From the NCBI GenBank assembly GCA_964270895.1, contig OZ185435.1: a DNA stretch of 64,000 nt, one strand, 5' to 3'. The translations under genes and the position numbers were made by a program. The DNA comes from Podarcis filfolensis (lineage: Eukaryota). How positions within the stretch are numbered: position 1 is the stretch's first letter; the number at the start of each line of letters is the position of its first letter. Shown one piece after another: positions 25,869-38,001 of this stretch. The notes below the pieces were generated by a model. That model had not been told where the DNA came from and did no database searches. It worked only from the letters and a program-made list of their open reading frames with translations.

Positions 25869-26224
25869 TCTTAAAAATGCTATACATATGGAGCTGTCAC
25901 ATGCAGCAAGCAAAAAGACATGTGAAATTCCCCATCCAGTGACCTTATATGTGCACAGAAGTAGCCACTTGCTGGATTGGGGATTTATAAAAACTCAGCT
26001 GCTGCAACAATATATATGCTGCAAATGAATTAGCAGAGCTGATCATATGTTAATAGTTAACTGTTGTCTCTGAAATACTGCATCATAAATTCTGCTGTTG
26101 GTTCTGAACCTTTCAGGCTTGATAAATAACTGTACTTGAAAAGGCAAGTTCTGATGTTTACACTGGATTTAGATAGTGTCCTTATCAAGGATGATCAACG
26201 GGGTCCCTTTCTTTTCCTTGCCAG

Positions 26225-26391
26225 AGTGTAGCACTGCCCCTGATGCCATGATGATCTTACTGGCTGTGGTAGGCAGCATTGTGCTCCTGGGGATTGTCCT
26301 CTTGGCAATTTGGAAGCTGCTGGTCACTATTCATGACAGGCGGGAATTTGCCAGATTCCAAAGTGAGCGTTCCCGGGCAAGATATGAAATG
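26225..26391 (+). CDS. ITGB5: Integrin beta-5 exon, transmembrane helix and membrane-proximal tail (CSTAPDAM...[28 protein letters not shown]), 167 nt
   Basis: CAG acceptor and GTAAGC donor; hydrophobic helix followed by the [12 protein letters not shown] motif. Confidence 0.97.
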
Positions 26392-27262
26392 GTAAGCATT
26401 CACTTCATGGGGGGGGGGGCCAGGAAAGAGCTGGAAAAGGGCTCAGTGCATAGGGGTGGGAAGAAATGTGCAAATGTGTACTGAGGACTACAGAGCAAGA
26501 AGGGAAAGTCTCGTTTTACTCTGTTCAGGGAAGGATTCATGGAGGCTGCTTGAGATCAGAATGGTGTGCAGGGAGGCAGAGGTGGCTCGGGTGGAGGGAC
26601 GCAAACATGTGCAGCGGCTGTGTTGGTGGCAGTTGAAGAGCCGCAACGTACTGGCAGCTCAAATTGCCTTTGCCCAGGAAGGCAGGCTGTGGCTTTGCTC
26701 TTGGGGCAGTTGGTCACGCCATGAAGAAACAGACAGCCGACCCCAGCGGAAGAAGACACAAGGCAGACAGATGCAGGGAGCTTGAGAAGGTGCTTCTCAG
26801 GCTCCATGCGCTTGGCTGCCGCCTGCCTGCTTGGAAAGACAGTGTGGCTTCCTTGAGCTGGTCAGGTGAGGAGAGGCATCAGGGCTTGCTCAGTTTGGGG
26901 GGGGGGGGAGCTGCCTCCGCCTTCACACTGGAGGGCTCTTCTAGTCAGTCACTCCTGAAGCGACAAACCAGCTGGCCTCTGCCAGCCGCTCCCCCCCCCC
27001 ATGGCAGAGGGACTCAGGAGTGTCAGTGGTTTCACCAGCGATATACTGCTAGGTGATGCCTCTATCGCAGTCTGCCTGTCATAGGCCTACACAACACTAT
27101 TACAGACTTTAGGAGTGCAGGGGGAAAGAATAGCAAAATAACTTTAAGGGGAGGGGAAAACAATGGAGATTTTAGCAGAACTTGTATTTGGTTTTCATGT
27201 CCAGAGTTTAATCTCCCTGTAAATACACTGTTTATATCACTTCCTTTTTTTCTTTTTTGTAG

Positions 27263-27358
27263 GCTTCAAACCCTCTTTACCGAAAACCTATTTCCACCCA
27301 TAGCTTAGATTTCACATTCAACAAGCTTAACAGGACCTATAATGGTACAGTTGATTGA
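27263..27358 (+). CDS. ITGB5: Integrin beta-5 terminal exon ([31 protein letters not shown])
   Basis: TAG acceptor after a T-rich tract; NPLY and NRTY motifs; TGA at 27356-27358. Confidence 0.97.
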   Translation, partial: ASNPLYRKPISTHSLDFTFNKLNRTYNGTVD

Positions 27359-28500
27359 CACTATGCTTGAAGGTGGAAGAGAGAGTGGAATGCTTGACAA
27401 TTGCTTGGCTTCCTCAGCGCTTCCCAAAAAGGAAGACTGAATCCTCTACAGTGGGACAGTATTCTAAACTTTGACTTGAATGTCAGGAGATGGCTTCTAT
27501 TGCACATTGAGGACAAATGGGTAGCAGCCCATGTGCTCTGCAGATCTCTAACCCAAGCCCCGCTGATGTGCTCAGAATGTGTTGTCACTGACCTGGAGCT
27601 CTTGATGCCGCGGAAGCGCCAACCTATTGAACAATGTGCCATATAGCAGCTTCAGCCATATCTTGGTAGGAAAAAAACATGCAGGTCCATTTCATAGGGG
27701 TATTGTGTCACTGCTGGTTTTTAGGGGAGAAAAACTAGCACTGGAGAAGGTGGTGGAAGCATTGTTTTTTTAAAAAAAAAATATCCAGGTGTTAAACAGT
27801 TTTTAGAATAAATTTTTATATTAAAAAAATAAAAGCAATTGCAAATATGTGCTATGAGTATACATATTCCTTTGCTTCCATGATCAAGTTTTTTTATGAA
27901 AGAAGTGTTGCACTATATTTAAGGACTTTTTATCAGAATTTAAATTACTATAAACAAGGAAGACTGCTTGTTCAGCCCATCAGTTTTAGGTTAACCTGTA
28001 CATTACAAACTGCTCAGTTATCTGAAATTCCACGTTACAGCAGTCACAGCACCTTTTAAGTAGCTGGAAATGTTTTGACTCCAAGCATGCTTATTTAGGA
28101 TTAATTCCCACTGAACTTTACTTCCAGTACACATGCTTAGCATCTGGTTGTTAATCTTTTTAACCTGAATTTATCAGCCCCTATTTGCTCACTACGTGAC
28201 CCATGGTGAAAATAAAATAAACCCAAGTGTGGACACTGTAATATTTGCATAATTCAACTAACCACAAAACTTAAGATACGTAATCTCTGTTTCTGTTCAA
28301 TGTCACCGGTTTTGCATGCTGGCAAAGGAGACAACTAGAGGTCCTCTAAAGGCTGCTCACTAGTTCTCACTATATGACACGTTAGGTTTAACCTAATCTA
28401 CTTTAACACTGAACAATAAAGATCTTTAAAGAAGCACAGTGTTAAATGTATTAAGATCAGGTTTCTAAATGCCTAGTTACAGAGAGGCAGCATATAAAGT
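27359..28500 (+). other. ITGB5: ITGB5 3'UTR, end uncertain
   Basis: AATAAA hexamers at 27807, 27828, 28211 and 28415; which is used cannot be read from sequence. Confidence 0.5.
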
Positions 28501-29178
28501 ACTTTTGTTTTATAAAGCTTACTGTTTGTTGGCAGTGACATTGCATTTCCTCTTCGCGAAGAAATCAGCCTTAATGCTGCGTCACCTTGTCCAAGAGGCA
28601 AAGTTGCTAGGTTCACTGTTCAATAATCTGTAATGAAGAGGTGTGGCAGCAGGCAAACAATTGGATGGGCTGAAAAGCAAAATCAAGTGAGTGGTGGGAC
28701 CACTGCAGCCCAGGAAGGGAGAAATTTCATATTATTCCACGCAGTCAACATGTAGCAAAATGACAACTGCAAAGCACTTGGGGGAAGCCACTTGCACCTA
28801 CTCCACTAAGTAATGACCATAGCATCACAGCAGCAGCTCAGGTTTAATATGACACGTATGAAAGGTCTTAAGCACACAAAGACCATTATCACAAATCCAA
28901 ATATGAGTTTAATGAAGTGCTGCTTCAAGTTCTTGCAATGACTGGGGAAAGAACAGTGCTCAAAACATTTCGTGACTCTGCAATTATAAAAAATAAGGGT
29001 CTATACACTTCCCTTGTACATACAATAGTACTGCAAACATTGTCCAGTTTCAATATAGCAGGCAGCTGCAAATTGAATTTTGTTAGGACTTTAATGACAG
29101 TTTCTTAAACTTCCCAGTTAAACTATCACTCCCAACACCTACATGTGCAGTGTAGATACATCAAGTATGAATTTAAGG

Positions 29179-29336
29179 CAGTGGCGTAGCGTGGGTTGTC
29201 AGCACCCGGGGCAAGGCAAGTAATTTGCGCCCCCTAACCCATGGATTTGCGCCCCCTAACCCATGGATTTGCCCTAACCCCAGATGTTGCGCCCGGTGCG
29301 GCCGGCCCCCCCTGCACCCCCCACGCTACGCCACTG
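29179..29336. mobile_element. Young hAT MITE, 158 bp
   Basis: Perfect 17-bp TIRs CAGTGGCGTAGCGTGGG, perfect 8-bp TSD ATTTAAGG (29171-29178 and 29337-29344), and an internal 22-bp tandem repeat. Confidence 0.95.
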
Positions 29337-31564
29337 ATTTAAGGCTACAACTTAACTCTAATTGTGTAGCCTAATGCCTGGAAGCATTTCTTGCTCCATT
29401 AGTTGAGCCTGCAAAACAAACCTCCAATTTCAAAAAAGAAAGAAGCTAATATTCTTGAGGATTAGAGTATATCTATTTCTTATGGTAATTTAAGAGACTA
29501 TTGTATCACAGCCTCAGTGCAGAAGGCAACATAAATTAAATAAAAGGCTAGCCAAGCTACCACTGATTCTCTCATTCTGACCCTTACAGGTCACAAAATG
29601 CATTTGCCAGGAGAAAACCAAGTTATTTTCATTTCCTGCTGGAGCAGTAGGTGCAGACATAGACCAACAGCTGTTTAAGCTTGCTACAATGAACATAATT
29701 ACTATCTGCTACCCAGCATCAAACTGTGTTTATTTAATATTTTTATACGCCACCTTTCCCTCAAGGCCTCTAAAGGCTTTATAATGGCAACATAACCAAT
29801 AAGAAGAGAACAGCCCATGGCATGTAAAAATAGAACACTCATCAATCAAAGCCAGGATTGATGGAGGAATGAGAAGAGTTGTACAATTACCTGACACACT
29901 AGAACTTATTAACTTTCCATCTTAACCACATTAACTAATTCACTCACACAAATAAAGTTGTCTCTTACAAGTCATAGTGGCTGGACATAGTGGAAAAGCA
30001 CTGTTTGGCTAATAGCAAAGAAAGGTTGCATATAACAGATTTACAGTGATAAAGGGCCACATTACAAAAGGCTGAAATTGTCCTTCACTGTTAAAATAAA
30101 CTGGCTCCAGTTTCATCACAAAATAAAAGTGTAAAGCAGCCAAATTAAAGGTGGGGTGGAAACTTGAAGACAACAACAATTAGGTACTGCAAAGCACCTC
30201 ATGCCACTTACATCTTCTGAATGAAATGGCCGTTGAACACTTCAACAGAGAATGGGACAGAACTACAGAATTTAAATGGCTATCAAGTGTTTGTGTTATT
30301 CCTATAATAATCTGTAATGAGCATTTCAATAACAGCCAGTTATGGAGAATCACTGTTATTGGGGTGGTTGGCTCAGTGCCTAGTATTGAATGAAGTAACA
30401 ATCTCTGATGGATTTGGTTCTTCAACAAGTACTGCAAGCCAATAAATAACTGCAGAATGAATATTTTTGCCATCATTAAGCTACTGCATTTCCTTGGCAC
30501 AGAAGTTTGCCAAGCAACCAGTCTAACAAGAAATATCACCTGATGACCACAACGCCAAAGACTGCATCAGCTTAAATGTATAAAAGTCAAATCCAGCCAC
30601 TTAAAAAAACCACCCTTATTTTACAAAAAAAGATACAATTAAGAAATTCAAGTTGTTTTATAAACTAGCACAGGTTAGCACATCCAGCACCCGTCTCCCT
30701 GTAATTCATTCACTGCCTCAGCTAGGAATGCCTATGGTATATTATGCAAATGAGTTTTTTTAAAAAAACACACAAACAAATTGTGACCTAGTTCTCATGT
30801 TGCTAACATATGGAAGGAAGCCAGGGAATGTAAAATTAGAGATTATAGAACACATTAACCCTGGACACAGATTTCTTTACAGAGATGTGCCTGAATGAAA
30901 AGCATTGTTCTCTTGGCCGCTTCCAAAACCATGCCAATTAAGGCCAAGCACATACAAATAGTAATGTATGCTAACAATAAGTCCGATCTAAATGAAGGAG
31001 GTATGTGCAACAAAACAAAGGAGAACCAGCTACTATCATTTTGTCAAAACAGAACTCCCCTATTTTGTTTACTGAAGTGAAAACACAGTTCTTTTCTGTT
31101 AAATATCTACTACTTCAATTAAACAGCTCTTTATACTTGGGACAGCCTTGGACACTTCCCTCTCAATCATCTCCAACTATCACTTTTCAGGAGTATCTAT
31201 TTTCTCTTCTCTGTTTTCTCACACCAACCCATATGAGTGATGCAGGCACATTTAAAAATGCTCTCTGCCTACCACTGCTCTAAGGAAATGTTAAAAGTAT
31301 GGCTAGACCCATCAACTGTCTTATATCAACACAGATATTACACTGAATTCACAGACAATGGCAGAAAGGAGGTGTAACTCAAACAGATGGTAAGAGCAGT
31401 GCTGAGCCTACATGAACCTCCTAAAGATGGTTAGGAAAACAGTACATCTGCATTTGTCTATTCTGTTCCAAAGCAGCACAAATGACAAATATTTCGTACA
31501 GCAGACAACTGCTTTCACATTTATATTCCAGCAAAAATGGTTGCCAAGTCCTAAACAATAGGCA

Positions 31565-31824
31565 CCATATTTTTCGCTCTATAAGACGCACCAGACCACA
31601 AGACGCACCTAGTTTTGGGAGGAGGAAAGCAAGAAAAAAAAATATCGTGAATCTCAGAAGCCAGAACAGCAAGAGGGATCGCTGCGCAGCGAAAGCAGCA
31701 ATCCCTCTTGCTGTTCTGGCTTCTGGGATAGCAGTGCAGCCTGCATTCGCTCCATAAGATGCACACACATCTCCCCTTACTTTTTAGGAGGGAAAAAGTG
31801 AGTCTTATAGAGCAAAAAATACGG
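31565..31824. mobile_element. Tc1/mariner (pogo-like) MITE with an internal hairpin
   Basis: 23-bp TIRs CC(A/G)TATTTTT(C/T)GCTCTATAAGAC with 2 CpG-type mismatches, TA on the right, and an internal 31-bp inverted repeat at 31655-31725. Confidence 0.9.
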
Positions 31825-31894
31825 TAAGTTTAGTTTCTTAGTTCTCGGCAGTTATTGTGGAAAACCAAACAGTAATAAACAAGTCTATGTAAAG

Positions 31895-32132
31895 TAGGGT
31901 TGCCATATTTCAAACAGTGAAAATCCGGACAGAAAAGTTGTGCTTTTTCTGGCAAGATTGCAAAAAATTGACATTTTGCAGCTATTTTAAGGAAAAATTG
32001 GCCAAATTGGCATTGCCGACATGGGCTGCCATATGCCCAAATTTTCCCAGTTGGGTGATTTCTGCCCAGACACTGCTGACGAATGCGGTATTCCAAATAT
32101 GTCTGGGAAATTCCGGGTGCATGGCAACCCTA
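31895..32132. mobile_element. hAT-type MITE
   Basis: TIRs TAGGGTTGCCAT...ATGGCAACCCTA; near-match flanks ATGTAAAG and AAGTAAAG. A partial head of the same type lies at 55003. Confidence 0.8.
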
Positions 32133-32479
32133 AGTAAAGAAACGTTTGAAAAACACAAAGGGTTATAGCACCCTCTGGTGGCTTAAATTTTATACAATGA
32201 CACAAATTTCTTTTTTTTTTTAGTCAAGATCTGTAGAATGCAAATGTTCACTAGAAGGGCTTGAAATTTACAAAAGCATATATTGACACCCAACTTTGTC
32301 TTGTCTGCAAGTGGAACATACTTCTGCTCACAGTGGAACTTGCCCTTCCTCTACTCCAGAGAGTTCGGGACATTTCATGGCAGATTTGCGGGGGCTCAGG
32401 GGGAGGAAGAGGATATCCATGCCACTGGGTATCATCCAGAGTATTTAATGTACAAAAAGACCTTCCCATTCTCATACCA

Positions 32480-33125
32480 TTTAAACATAGCCTTTTTGAA
32501 GTTTACTTTATTGTTGTGACAACCACTGCATTTTACCAGTGAGGCAATTATTAGAGAAGCAAGGATCCTGAATGTGCTTTGAGGTAGCAGATCATTAATG
32601 GAATGCATCATCTCCACATAGTACACAAGCATATTAACATCTAAGGCACACAATTCCTGCACCTGAGCAAGATTTTGAAACATATTTCACATCATGATCT
32701 AAAGCACCGAATGCTGGATGGAGAAACTACTCTGTGGAAGAGGGCCTAGCGCCCTATCACACTCAGTCCTTACATTTTAACACAACTGAGAACAGCAACT
32801 AAGAACTTTAAACAAGTGCAAATGCAATGTGATCAGGATTTGCTCGGCTTCCTCTTTTCTCACAATCTTTATGGCTCTGTGGTTCGCAAAACCACTGGAG
32901 TTAAAAAAAAAAGCCCTTTAAAGTGTTTTTAAAAATGGGATAGCACACGACGCACAGCTGTATGAATTCAGAATCAAAATTTACAATTTCTGTACTGATT
33001 CTCAAATAACTTTATAGCAAAATTTTAACATACAACAACATTAGGCAAAATAACAACAAAGAATTACCTTCTCAATCCTTCCTGCTTCTAGAATTTGGCT
33101 TGCTTAATGAAACACAGCAGTTGTG
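32480..33125 (-). other. UMPS: UMPS 3'UTR, end uncertain
   Basis: Follows the stop at 33126. The first minus-strand AATAAA is at 32507-32512; a longer UTR is possible. Confidence 0.4.
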
Positions 33126-33307
33126 CTATTTTTGTGCACTGACACCAATTCTCTGCAAGTAGCTTTCCCATGCTGCTTTTCTATAAGTCTCTGCTTCATC
33201 TGGGCGACTGGGCGCAGATAAGATACCACGGCCTACAATGATGATATCTGAACCTCTTTTACCAATCACTTCCTGAGGACTGAGGTACTTCTGCCCAAGA
33301 TTATCAC
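33126..33307 (-). CDS. UMPS: UMP synthase exon 6 ([28 protein letters not shown]...SAQK*), 182 nt
   Basis: CAG acceptor; ODCase IIVGRGI phosphate-binding motif; TAG at 33128-33126. Confidence 0.96.
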
Positions 33308-33433
33308 CTGCAATGGATCACAATCACAAATATGCCGTGTTATGCTTGCTCTCCAGGAGTTTCCTTCATAAAATGCTGGTGAGCTCCAAAAAGTGTTCCC
33401 CACTCTAACACTGGGTACAGATTTATCCTTATA

Positions 33434-33658
33434 CACTGGTACCTCGGTTTAAGAACAATTTGGTTTACAAACTCTGCAAAACTGGAAATAGTGTCTTGGT
33501 TTGAGAACTTTACCTCCGTCTAAGAATGGAATCTGAATGGTGGAAGGGCACTGGCGGCAGGAGGCCTCATTGGGGAAAGCGCGCCTCAGTTTAAGAATGG
33601 TTTTGGTTTAAGAACGGACTTCCGGAACAAATTAAGTTCGTAAACCGAGGTACCACTG
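33434..33658. mobile_element. Tigger/pogo-like MITE, copy 2 (UMPS intron 5)
   Basis: CACTGGTACCTC...GAGGTACCACTG flanked by TA on both sides. Confidence 0.9.
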
Positions 33659-34692
33659 TATTATTAAAATGTTATTAAGTGTGCACAGGAAATAAGCATG
33701 CTCTAAAAGGATCTAACCAAGATGAAATAATCAACATCATCAGGTACTGCACATCAGAGCAAATAATAATAACCAAATACCACAAAATAACAGTTTTCTT
33801 AAAGGGTTATTAACACTGATTAAATATGAAACATAAAGCCTCACTGGCATATCCATGGCAAATATGCCTTGATATTTGCATATAATTTAAAGCATGGCAA
33901 GCTTGCATACAAAACAGCAGGGACTGGTTTGCAGCCAAGGCTATGTGTGCAGCAATCCACTCATACAGCAGGACTTCCCATTCCTCTCCCAACAGACCCT
34001 TAAGATCTGCCCTGGAGGGACCTCCAGCACCCTACAGTGTAGCTCGGGGCTACAGGGGAGAGTTCCACTGTGCAAGTGGAAACCTGCTGTACTATTATCA
34101 GAACCAAGTGACTGACACATGGAAACATATGTGAGAGATGCAATTTGTCTGATGTTACAAATTCTGAACTTGCATACAAGCACAGATAAGTAGGAAATTA
34201 TTTCTAGTAACCTTAATGTCCAGTTACAGTTTTCAGTGAATGAAATAAGAAAATACTGGGCAGAGCATTATGAACATTTAGGGAACTTGTATATTGTATT
34301 TTATGATACTGTACTTATTTGGCTGCTTCTAGTGTGGAACAGTTAGTATGTTTTACTCCTACATTACAACTCTGTAAATCTGTTCATCATCTTCCCCACT
34401 CTCCTCACTGTAGTACTGTACATGAATTGGACAATTCTGAGAATTTGGATGTGATCTCTCACCCAAGGCTAGGGAATGCAGAACCAGACATACAAATCCA
34501 AAGGCAATCTCAATGTTAGGACAGGGAAGGGTATAATCTGAACAGGAACTACTGGGGACTTTGACTGCATTTTCACCCTCACCAGCATACAAACCAGAAA
34601 TATTTACGAGTGTACCTTTGAATTATTTCAATTATTCTGGTATTTTCATAAATATTTTGTACCATCAAATAAAGTGCCACAGAAATGCTTAC

Positions 34693-34807
34693 CTCCAGCT
34701 AGCATCTGAACACCAGGAGTTAGATGAAGAAATTCAGGTTTGTCAATAATTCTGGAGCCAGAAATAAATCCCAGAATAAAATCCGAGTGTTCCTCAGCCA
34801 TTTTAAC
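34693..34807 (-). CDS. UMPS: UMP synthase exon 5 ([17 protein letters not shown]...[12 protein letters not shown]), 115 nt
   Basis: TAG acceptor and GTAAGC donor; GFIS and TPGV motifs. Confidence 0.96.
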
Positions 34808-35357
34808 CTAAAGGAAAACAAATAAACAAGAGCAGTTAGAAAATGCTTTACACTCTTGCTCTAGAATGGAGGAACAAATACTAAACAAGGTGCTATTATG
34901 CAAGCACAAAGACTTGCAGCCTTAACAAAATCAAGACAACATGATAAAGAATTCACAATGGATACCATTATCTCATTAGCAAATGAGCATGCCAATCACA
35001 AACCTAACCTCCTTGCTTCCTTTGCCTCACCCCATTTCCCTCAGTTCCTACCCACACTCCCCCAAGAACTTTGTTTTTCATTTTTCAGCAGTGTAAACTC
35101 CCACTATTTTTCCTCAGACATTAATTTCACTGCAGTATTATGCTGCTACACTTCCATTCTGATCTATTCCAGAGAAAGCACCAGCAAATATTATTTTTGC
35201 TGGCTATGTCAAACTGGAGAAACTTATAGCAGCACATTAAAATCCAAGAAATGCTGCTTTTCAAAAGAGCTACCCCTTCCTCCCAGATGGTGTGTGTGTG
35301 TGTGTGGGAGATCTAGACCATTTAAGACATTTTGTTGAGATGAACGCTCCAACTTAC

Positions 35358-35533
35358 CACAGCTTTTGTATAGTCACCAGTGGCCAGCGACCCTTCTGAG
35401 CTCATCTCACCGATCAAGAGACACCCTCTCTGTAAAGGATGCCCTATTTCTTTCAATCCCTTAACAACTCCAGGTCCAGGAACAGCATGAGCATTAACTA
35501 TATCTGACCAGGATGCTATTTTGAAAATACCAC
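35358..35533 (-). CDS. UMPS: UMP synthase exon 4 ([19 protein letters not shown]...[17 protein letters not shown]), 176 nt
   Basis: CAG acceptor and GTAAGT donor; NAH and EMSS motifs. Confidence 0.97.
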
Positions 35534-35986
35534 CTGAAACATAAATAGACAATGTATCAGTTAAGCGTCTTTTTGGCAATCAGATAACTACTTAAGAGAT
35601 TAACCAGGGATACCCTTTTCACAACTTTTATTACCACTGTAGAAATATTGTCCAGAGTCATATTTTCCACACCTATCAAGGTCATAACTACACAGTACGA
35701 TCATGATATGGAATATCAATATTCTGTATTTGTTAGCACCCTGTAGGCTAGCCTCAGGCTTGGTTTCCTCAGTATTATTTTTCTCAATATAGCATACAAT
35801 CTGAATAAAAGTCTGCTCAAAAGCAAGGCCCTTGAAGGCTTGAAAATAAAGAGCTAGTTTCAAGTCAGTGAAGGCCACACCAACATTTCAAATTAAGAGT
35901 ACTAGGAACATATGCTGCCCTATAGAGATGTGCAACACATTATAGGTTGAAAAGAGGAAAGGGGTTAGTAGTTATGCCAAATTCAC

Positions 35987-36655
35987 CTTCATACTGATGC
36001 TTCACAGTATTTCCAATGTCTGCAAACTTGCGATCTTCAAATATCAAGAATTCATGCTTATCTGCAAGTGCTCTCAACTCCTTGGCTATTTCTTGGGTGA
36101 AATCATCCAGAATATCAATGTGAGTCTTCAAGATACAGATGGAAGGGCCCAAAGTTGCAGCGAGCTGGAGCAATTCTTTGGAGTTAGTCACATCAGCAGA
36201 AAGACACAAATTAGACTGCTTTTTCTCCATCAGCCTGAGAAGTTGTGCAGCGAGGGGATGAGTGTCTGGCAGTTCAGCCCGAGCAGCAAAGCTCATTTCT
36301 TTGCACATTCTTTTCACGGGAGGAGTACCATTTTGCTCAGGTGGTTTAATAATATTCTCCTGGATGAATTTTTCTACTCTTGCCACCATCTCAGGAGAAA
36401 CTTTTTCTTGCTGCTCAAGGATCTTGAGAATTTTAGATAAGGTGCATACAGAGTGTAGGCGTATGCCGTGCTTCTCCAACAGGGCTTCCCCTCCTTGCTC
36501 TCTGTCCAAAAGCACTATAGCATCTGTAACCTTCAACCCCTCTTTCCGAAGGGTCTCTGCCGTCTCCAGAACACTTGAACCAGTGGTAACTACATCTTCA
36601 ATGATCAGACAAGTTTCTCCTGAGTTTATTGTCCCCTCCACAAGACGTTTGGTAC
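35987..36655 (-). CDS. UMPS: UMP synthase exon 3 (OPRTase C-terminal half, linker, ODCase N-terminal half), 669 nt
   Basis: AAG acceptor and GTGAAT donor; PRPP-binding motif [13 protein letters not shown] and catalytic [10 protein letters not shown]. Confidence 0.98.
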
Positions 36656-36741
36656 CTTTTGAAGCAAAAAAGGGCATTTTTCATTAACCTACCAATACAA
36701 AAAAACCAACCTTGCCAGCTCAACTGAAAATATTGCTACTA

Positions 36742-36971
36742 CAGTGGTACCTCGAGTTACAAACGCCTCATGTTACAAACTCCGCTAACCTGGAAGAGTT
36801 ACCTCGAGTTGAGAACTTTGCCCCAGTATGAGAATGGAAATCGCGTGCTGGCAGCGCAGCGCAGCAGCAGCAAGAGGCCCCATTAGCGAAAGCACGCCTC
36901 TAGTTAAGAACAGTTTCAGGTTAAGAACAGACCTCCGGAACAAATTAAGTTCGTAACTAGAGGTACCACTG
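36742..36971. mobile_element. Tigger/pogo-like MITE, copy 3 (UMPS intron 2)
   Basis: CAGTGGTACCTC...GAGGTACCACTG with TA at 36740-36741 and 36972-36973; same orientation as copy 2. Confidence 0.9.
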
Positions 36972-37225
36972 TACTATTAAAAATAACAGGTGCACTACAC
37001 CAGTTAATAAAAGCTTGTGGTTAATACTTCTGCACTAAGGCTCCTAAATCACAGGCGTGTTATGTACATCAAATCATTACCTTTCTAGATATGCTAAAAC
37101 AACAAACTGTATATACACTACCGAGGAAGTTGGAAACTTTATTTATTATTAACATTTTTGCTGTCTTGAATATTCATTGCTTATAATGCCAATATTATGA
37201 TCTAGGTAAATTTGATTCTTTTTAC

Positions 37226-37379
37226 CATAGTCTTTAGCTTCTTTTCGCCGTATAAGCATTGGGATCTGGTTGGTTGAGCAGATGATTGTAGCCAGGGGCA
37301 AAGCCGTGTATGGGACCCCGCACACAGTGTCATACTTGATTGCAGCATCCTTTGCTGTTTGAAAAAGGAAACCTGCTAC
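37226..37379 (-). CDS. UMPS: UMP synthase exon 2 (VAGFLFQ...[11 protein letters not shown]...RRKEAKDY), 154 nt
   Basis: CAG acceptor and GTAAAA donor; OPRTase GVPY and RRKEAKDYG motifs. Confidence 0.97.
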
Positions 37380-37936
37380 CTGAAAGAAATTGTTATAAAT
37401 ATAAAATAGGTTCTACCATTATAACCAAACATTAATACATTGTCAATAAAATAAGGAAAGTCCACAAAGAATCACCAAAAAGAGAAACCATAAGCACCAA
37501 AGATCATATGGATTTCGTTTCTTCACATGATGCTTACTTCATCCCCTAAGTATGCTTGTGTTCTTTGCATTTAGGTTGAAGAGCAACAAGCAGTGATAGC
37601 TTATTTATTTCCTTGGAAGAATCATGTATTTGTGTGATCTCTGTTGCACTAGTGGGAATCCTTGTGTTGGGTTCCACTAGCCCAACTATTTGGTTGAATA
37701 TGGCACAAATGATCAGCTATGCTATTGAGTTCTGAGAAGGGTATCCTTTGCAACAATGCTGACAAGACAGATCAATGTTCTTATCACTTTGTGCCCTTCT
37801 TCCATCCATATCCCTCTACCTCACCTTCCACTACAGACAATTATGCATGAGGGAAAAACCCACCCCAACATGGTTCCAGGAGTACTACTAGCTGGCAGGA
37901 TTGCATCATCTTTGACAGCCGCCCGCTTCCCCAGCA

Positions 37937-37979
37937 ACTAGATGACCCTCGTGGTCCCTTTCTGACTCTTCTAACACTC
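37937..37979 (+). mobile_element. CR1 LINE extreme 3' end
   Basis: ACTAGATGACCCTCGTGGTCCCTTTCTGACTCT resembles the CR1 terminal hairpin region. Confidence 0.55.
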
Positions 37980-38001
37980 TTGCCATGTTTGTTTGCTTGT
38001 T

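Noticed and set aside
26456-27056. Overlapping GC-rich ORFs in the last ITGB5 intron
   Set aside because: No domain content; explained by local GC richness and homopolymer runs.
27636-27915. 8-mer seed matches for miR-183 (27636) and miR-130/301 (27908) in the ITGB5 3'UTR
   Set aside because: Single seed matches are expected by chance when many families are considered, and I cannot test conservation.
35997-36687. Two + strand ORFs (147 and 141 aa) over UMPS exon 3
   Set aside because: Antisense shadows of the real coding exon. The same applies to 45375-45738 over the last KALRN exon.
33434-36971. Idea that the MITE copies in UMPS introns 2 and 5 pair to circularise exons 3-5
   Set aside because: The two copies are in the same orientation; only their short TIRs could pair.
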